Below, one piece after another: positions 58,395-64,000 of a stretch of 64,000 nt of DNA. Location of the stretch: assembly GCF_009914755.1 (NCBI RefSeq), contig NC_060928.1; one strand, given 5' to 3'. The stretch's first letter is position 1; every line of letters starts with the position of its first letter. This DNA is from the human T2T-CHM13v2.0 reference genome, Homo sapiens. A program made the translations under genes and the position numbers. The notes under the pieces were generated by a model. The model ran no database searches and had not been told where the DNA came from. It saw only the letters and a program-made list of their open reading frames with translations.

Positions 58395-58975
58395 CCTTTT
58401 TTTTTGAGACAGAATCTCTGTCTCCCAGGCTGGAGTGCAATGGTGTGATCTCGGCTCACTGCAACCCCCGTCTCCCCAGTTCAAGTGATTCTCCTGCCTC
58501 AGCCTCCAAGTAGCTGGAATTACAGGTGCCCGCCACCATGCCCAGCTAATTTTTGTACTTTTAGTAGAGATGGGGTCTCACCATGTGGGCCAGCCTGGTC
58601 TCGAACTCCTGACCTCAGGTGATCCATCCACCTCAGCCTCCCAAAATGCTGGGATTACAGGCGTGAGCCACCACGCTCGGCTTGTGTTTTTTGAGACATG
58701 GTCTTGCTCTGTTGCCCAGGCTGGAGTGTGGTGGGACAATCATAGCTCACTGCAGCCTCAACCTCCTCAGGCTCAAGCAATCCTCCCATCTCAGCCTCCT
58801 GAGTAGCTGGGACTACAGGTGCATGCCACAAGGCCCAGCTAATTTTTTGATTTTTTGCAGAGATGGGATCTCACTATGTTGCCCAGGCTGGTCTCAAACT
58901 CCTGGGTTAAGCAATCCTCCTGCCTCAGCTTCCCTAAGTGCTCAGATTACAGGCATGAGCAGCCATGCCTGGCCA
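58395..58975 (-). mobile_element. Two tandem antisense Alus (intron 8)
   Basis: Alu dimers at about 58395-58681 and 58685-58975. Confidence 0.9.
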
Positions 58976-59944
58976 CCAAGAATTCTTTAAAAGTGTTTTT
59001 AAAACTGTGTATGTCCTTGCACATTTTTAAGTTGGTAATTATAATAACATTTTTCATCTTTTAAGTTTAAATGGAAAGGGTGATATTTCCAGTCTATTTT
59101 AAATATAATATCTTAAAATAAAACTATTTCATTGTTCTTTTAATTATAGCCAGTAAAATCTAAATGATCCTTTCTCCTTGAAATTTCCATAGAATTTTAT
59201 CTTATTTCAACTAGTTTTATGCTTGAAAATCTTTTCATGATCATACTATCATACATCTGTACAATAAAAAGAATAAATTTAAAAAGAGTGAATTTTTTTT
59301 TATTTAAAAAAAATTCTGACAGCCTGATGGGAAAAAAAGAAATTTTTTATTTTTAAAAATTTCCTGTAACTGTAAGGTTCAAGGTGTTAATATTTTTATC
59401 TGAATAGTGTCATCATTACAATTATTAATTATCAGTGGGTTAAAGTGACAAATACACCACAAATGTTGATATTTATGAAATAAAAAAGTAAAATTTTATT
59501 GGAAATACATCTCTTAATGAATTATAATGGGAGAAAATAGTGTCTTATTTAAAGCCTTTGGCCAGCCCCAACATTTCAGATTATCTTTTGATCTGGTACT
59601 CTAAAAGTTTTTTATATCTTGAGACAGTGCACTATTGGGGTATGAATGATATACATGCCCTTCTTTGAACATTGAGAGAAAGGCATTTATAAAAGGGAGG
59701 GTAGGAATGCAGAACTCACATGATAGCCAGGCCACAAACAAATTATTAGGTAGATCATTTTTAAGAAGCACTGAATATGCAGATTAAGGATTCAGATGCT
59801 GATTCCTTAGAACTATGTGCATACCATAGTTTTATGTAATACTTGGAAAGTGTTCAATTTATCCCAGGAGTAAGTATAATCCAGTTTGAAGACCACTGCT
59901 GTATATCACCGAATTGATTTTATATAGTGCCACCTCTACTAATT

Positions 59945-60655
59945 AGTGGAATAGAAGGAAATTACCTCAATATTTTAAAAACCATGTGTGAAAGGCCCAC
60001 AACAAACAATCATACTCAGTGGTGAAAAACTGGAAGTTTTTCCTCTAAGATGAAGAACAAGGAAGGATTCCCACTCTTGTCACTGCTGCTCAACATAGTA
60101 CTGGAAGTCCTAGCCAGAGCAGTTAGGCAAGAAAAGGCATACAAATTGCAAAGAAAGAATAAAATTATCTCTGTTTACAGATGGCATAATTTTATATGTA
60201 GAAAGCCTTCAACATTCCGCAGAAACCAGAACTAATAAACTAATTCAGCAAAATTGCAGGATACAAAATCAGCACACAAAAATCAGATGTTTTTCTATAC
60301 ACTAAGAATAAACTATCCAAAAAGGAAATTAAGAAAGTAATCCCATCTGCAATAGCATCAAAAGGAATAAAATACTTAGAAATAAACTTAACCAATGAGA
60401 TGAAAAACCCTTACACTTGAAAAACTATACAGCATTGCTAAAGAAGTTAAAGAAGACACAAATAAATGGAAAGACATTCCGTGTCCGTGGATTGGAAGAC
60501 CCAATATTGTTAAAGTGTCCATACAACTCAAATTCAGCGCATTCCCTATCAAAATCCCAGTGGTGTTTTTTTTTTTTTTTGCAAAAATAGAAGAAACTTC
60601 TAAAATGCATATGGAATCTCCAAGGACCCCAGACCACCAACACAATCTTGAAAAA
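59945..60655 (+). mobile_element. L1 ORF2 internal fragment
   Basis: Translation [24 protein letters not shown] (L1 RT) and aaataaatggaaagacattccgtg. Confidence 0.85.
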
Positions 60656-61252
60656 GGATATAATGAGTACAGTTTTAATTCTGTTTTTGTGGTTTTAGTT
60701 TCATTACAACACTCCTATATCTCATCCCTCTCTTTTTCCACCACCTTTTGCATCTTCTATCCTTGTGCACACAGCATGCTAAACACAGCTTCCCATGTCC
60801 CATTGCAAATGCTCAGAAATGACAAGTTGGCTCAACAAAATGTTCCTATTGGGTCATAATATTTTGATCTTGGCATTCTGTTCTCTCAGTTGCAGTATAG
60901 AGAGGATCCAGGTTGGTAAAAGCAGGTATGGAGAAAGCAAATAGGATAGGAAAATCAGGAAATGACAGTGCCATAGAATTACCCCAAAATTTAAGGCCCA
61001 AGGAAGATCCTACAAGATGCTCAAGTGGCCTTCTTCAGATGTTACAAGTAGGCTCCTGTAAACATTCGGGATACCAAAAGATTAAAGAGAAGCCTCAATT
61101 TTGCCTCTTCGTTGAAATTGATAGGGATAAAGCCTCAGATCTCACTGGTAAGAGGGAACGTGAAGTAATTGCAAAATTACTTGATCTATTTGCATATGAC
61201 TTAAGTATTCTTAGACTTTTAAGTATATACCTAATAGGCTTTTTATTCCTAG

Positions 61253-61318
61253 AAAGAGATTAAAAGAAAGCTCTCTGAAATGCAGGATCTTGAAGAAACA
61301 ATGGCAAAACTTCAGCTG
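61253..61318 (+). CDS. CEP135: CEP135 exon 9
   Basis: KEIKRKLSEMQDLEETMAKLQL; 66 nt; ttcctag / gtaagt. Confidence 0.96.
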
Positions 61319-61369
61319 GTAAGTTGATGTCATGTTGAATTGCCAGCATTTTCAGTAAGAAAATTTTTA

Positions 61370-61663
<294 letters not shown>

Positions 61664-62049
61664 TTATTGCTCAGCTCCTGACAACCACTAATCTACTTTC
61701 TGTTTCTGTAGATTTATCTATTCTGGCCATTCCATATAAAGGGAATCATATATTTTGTGTCTGGATTCTTTTACTAAGCATAATATTTACAAGGTTCATG
61801 CATGTGGTAGCATTTATGAGTACTTCATTCCTTCTTATGGCTGAGTAATATTCCACTGCATGGACATGCAAGTTTATATTTTTATAATTCCTTAATTTTA
61901 TGTATAGTAGGTAGCTGCTAGAAATTTTACATTCTTTTAACTACTTTATGATTTGTTAGTTGACTAATATTAAAACCAGGAGTTAATTACTTGAAATATT
62001 TGTTGATTAACTTGAAATATTTGTTGATTATTACAAAAGGCACTCCATC

Positions 62050-62360
62050 CTCTTTTATTTATTTATTTATTTATTTTTTGGAGACAGGGGCTTGCCTTGT
62101 CACCTAGACTGGAGTGTAATGGCATGATCATAGCTCCCTGCAGCCTTGAACCCCTGGTGCTCAAGTGATCCTCCCACCTCAGCCTTCTGTGTGGTTAAGA
62201 CTGCAGGCATGTGCCACCGTGCCTAGCTTTTTTTTTTTTTTAGTAGAAATGAGGTCTTACTATGTTACCCAGGATGGTCTCAAACTCCTGGACTCAAGTG
62301 ATTCTCCCGCCCCGGCCTCCTAAAGTGCTAGGACTACAGGCATGAGCCACTGTGCCCAGC
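62050..62360 (-). mobile_element. AluJ-like (intron 9)
   Basis: Antisense Alu with a (TTTA)n tail. Confidence 0.85.
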
Positions 62361-63459
62361 CCAGTCCTCTTTTAATAGCTTTGTTTGGTAATACAAACCA
62401 TTTTCCTAGTCACATTTCTTGTTCTGGTAGTCTTCAAATAACAAAGGAAGTAATCATCCCAACAGAAGCCTAAATGTAGCATACAGAAAAAGCATATAGT
62501 CCTATAGTCTGCAACTAGCAGAAAGAGTGTCTTGCTTATAAGGTAGAAACTGGGTAGTCACCCAAATGATTGAGGATTTTAAAAAAATAACCTGTTGAAT
62601 TGGAAGAGTTTTCTCTAAGATTGGAAATAAAGGTAAATACTAATTTCCAAGTTCTTTCATTATGTATACTTTTTATACAGTCTAGCTGCAGTGTCCTGGT
62701 GGCATAAGTCAATTAAAAAGGAAGCATGAGAGCAAGGGATTTTTGCTGTTTGTTCACTGCTAGTTGTATGTGCACTAAATGTTGGATGTGATTCATAATA
62801 CTTGTCTCAGAACTGTGACCAAGTTTTAGTAGTGTTGGCTTACAGTAAGATGTTGCCGTAGTTACTTTCTTACCTTTCTTATTTTTTCTAGTAATGCAAA
62901 ATTCTATGTATTTTTGAGATAAGAATGATAATATTGATAGCTAACATTTTTTAAGTACTTACCGTGGTGGACATGTTGGATACCATGGAAAGTACTTCAT
63001 AACCATAGATTCATCCTCGCCAGTAAATCCTTAGTGTCCTGGTCTTATTATCCTTGTTGTGCATATGAGGCTGAGAGAATAACCAGTATAGTTATAGATA
63101 CACTGTGTGTGGTGATCTTAGAAGAATTTATCTTACTACTGCTCTCTTAAACATGAAAAAGCTTTAAATTTTTTAATCATATAAGTATATATTCATTTAG
63201 AAAAAAATAAGACAATATGCTAAACTAACTAGAAGAAAATAATTCTCCCACCCTCAAAGAAGCATTGTTGATATTTGTGTTTTCAGCCACAAATGATAAT
63301 TAAGTTTAATTGAAACCTTATATTTGACTAATTAAGTATATGTACACACACGTATATGTAAATTGCTGTTATATAAATGTGCTTATAAAAATCTATCTTA
63401 AGTGCGATAATATTTTATAAAGTTGTTAGAAATCTTAATTATAGTATTAAAATTTGCAG

Positions 63460-63598
63460 GAATTGAACTTATGCCAGAAAGAAAAGGAGAGACTGAGTGA
63501 TGAACTCCTTGTAAAATCAGACCTAGAAACTGTTGTTCATCAGCTTGAACAAGAAAAGCAAAGACTTAGCAAAAAAGTTGAAAGTTTTGCAGTTACAG
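63460..63598 (+). CDS. CEP135: CEP135 exon 10 (gene continues beyond the window)
   Basis: ELNLCQKEKERLSDELLVKSDLETVVHQLEQEKQRLSKKVESFAVT; 139 nt; tttgcag / gtaaga. Confidence 0.96.
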
Positions 63599-64000
63599 GT
63601 AAGATGTCAAATTTTGATAGCTAAAGAATGATTGTGATTTCCTCTTGATGTATTGTTTTTCTTAGTAGATATTCATTCATTCATTCATTCAATAAATATT
63701 TGTTGAGTGCTTACCATTAGTCAAAAACCATAGTAGTTACTGTAGATACAGTAGAAATCTCTCCCTCAAGGACCTTAGAATTTTTATGTTTTGGCTAGTT
63801 TATACAGGGAGCCCTGCTTGAATATTTTGCAATAGAAATGTGTCCTTCTTTGAGACAGACTAATAATAGAATTAAGTAAGACTAAAGGGAAGGCTATTTT
63901 GATAGTGGAAAATTGAAGTACAGAATCTTTTCAAGGAAATGCAGTTATATTATCTTAAAATACACACACATAAACACACACACAAATTGAAATAGGCTAA

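Noticed and set aside
61987-62030. 21-bp tandem duplication (ACTTGAAATATTTGTTGATTA x2)
   Set aside because: Ordinary slippage duplication in an intron.

Overview
Human (primate) genomic DNA. I recognise it from the translated exons as the 5' part of CEP135 (centrosomal protein 135; established location chr4q12) plus about 41 kb of repeat-dense upstream sequence. CEP135 is on the + strand: a non-coding exon 1 in a CpG island (donor after 41251) and coding exons 2-10 (ATG at 44323, about 416 codons, phases consistent throughout). Read-through of the exon 6 donor gives the 16-aa tail of the known CEP135mini isoform. Immediately upstream and head-to-head lies a full-length, decayed class I (ERV1) provirus on the - strand (30416-40417). 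It has a GAAG target-site duplication (TSD), a tRNA-Arg PBS, gag-pro-pol-env and two LTRs. Its leader carries a nested LTR7 (HERV-H) solo LTR, a second solo LTR and an Alu, and both solo LTRs point toward CEP135. The remaining sequence is Alu, L1, L2, MIR, MER41A/B, LTR8, MER11, MLT and DNA-transposon debris. The best leads are: (i) an intact 170-aa signal-peptide/CXXC env-SU ORF with apparently intact splice signals next to the CEP135 CpG-island promoter (suppressyn-like hypothesis); (ii) an exon-1 uORF that becomes an in-frame 16-aa N-terminal extension of CEP135 if an alternative exon-2 acceptor is used; (iii) LTR7 as a possible alternative CEP135 promoter; (iv) a young AluYa5 and a locally copied Alu fragment in the CEP135mini intron. 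Repeat subfamily names are from memory of consensus sequences, and no searches were run.
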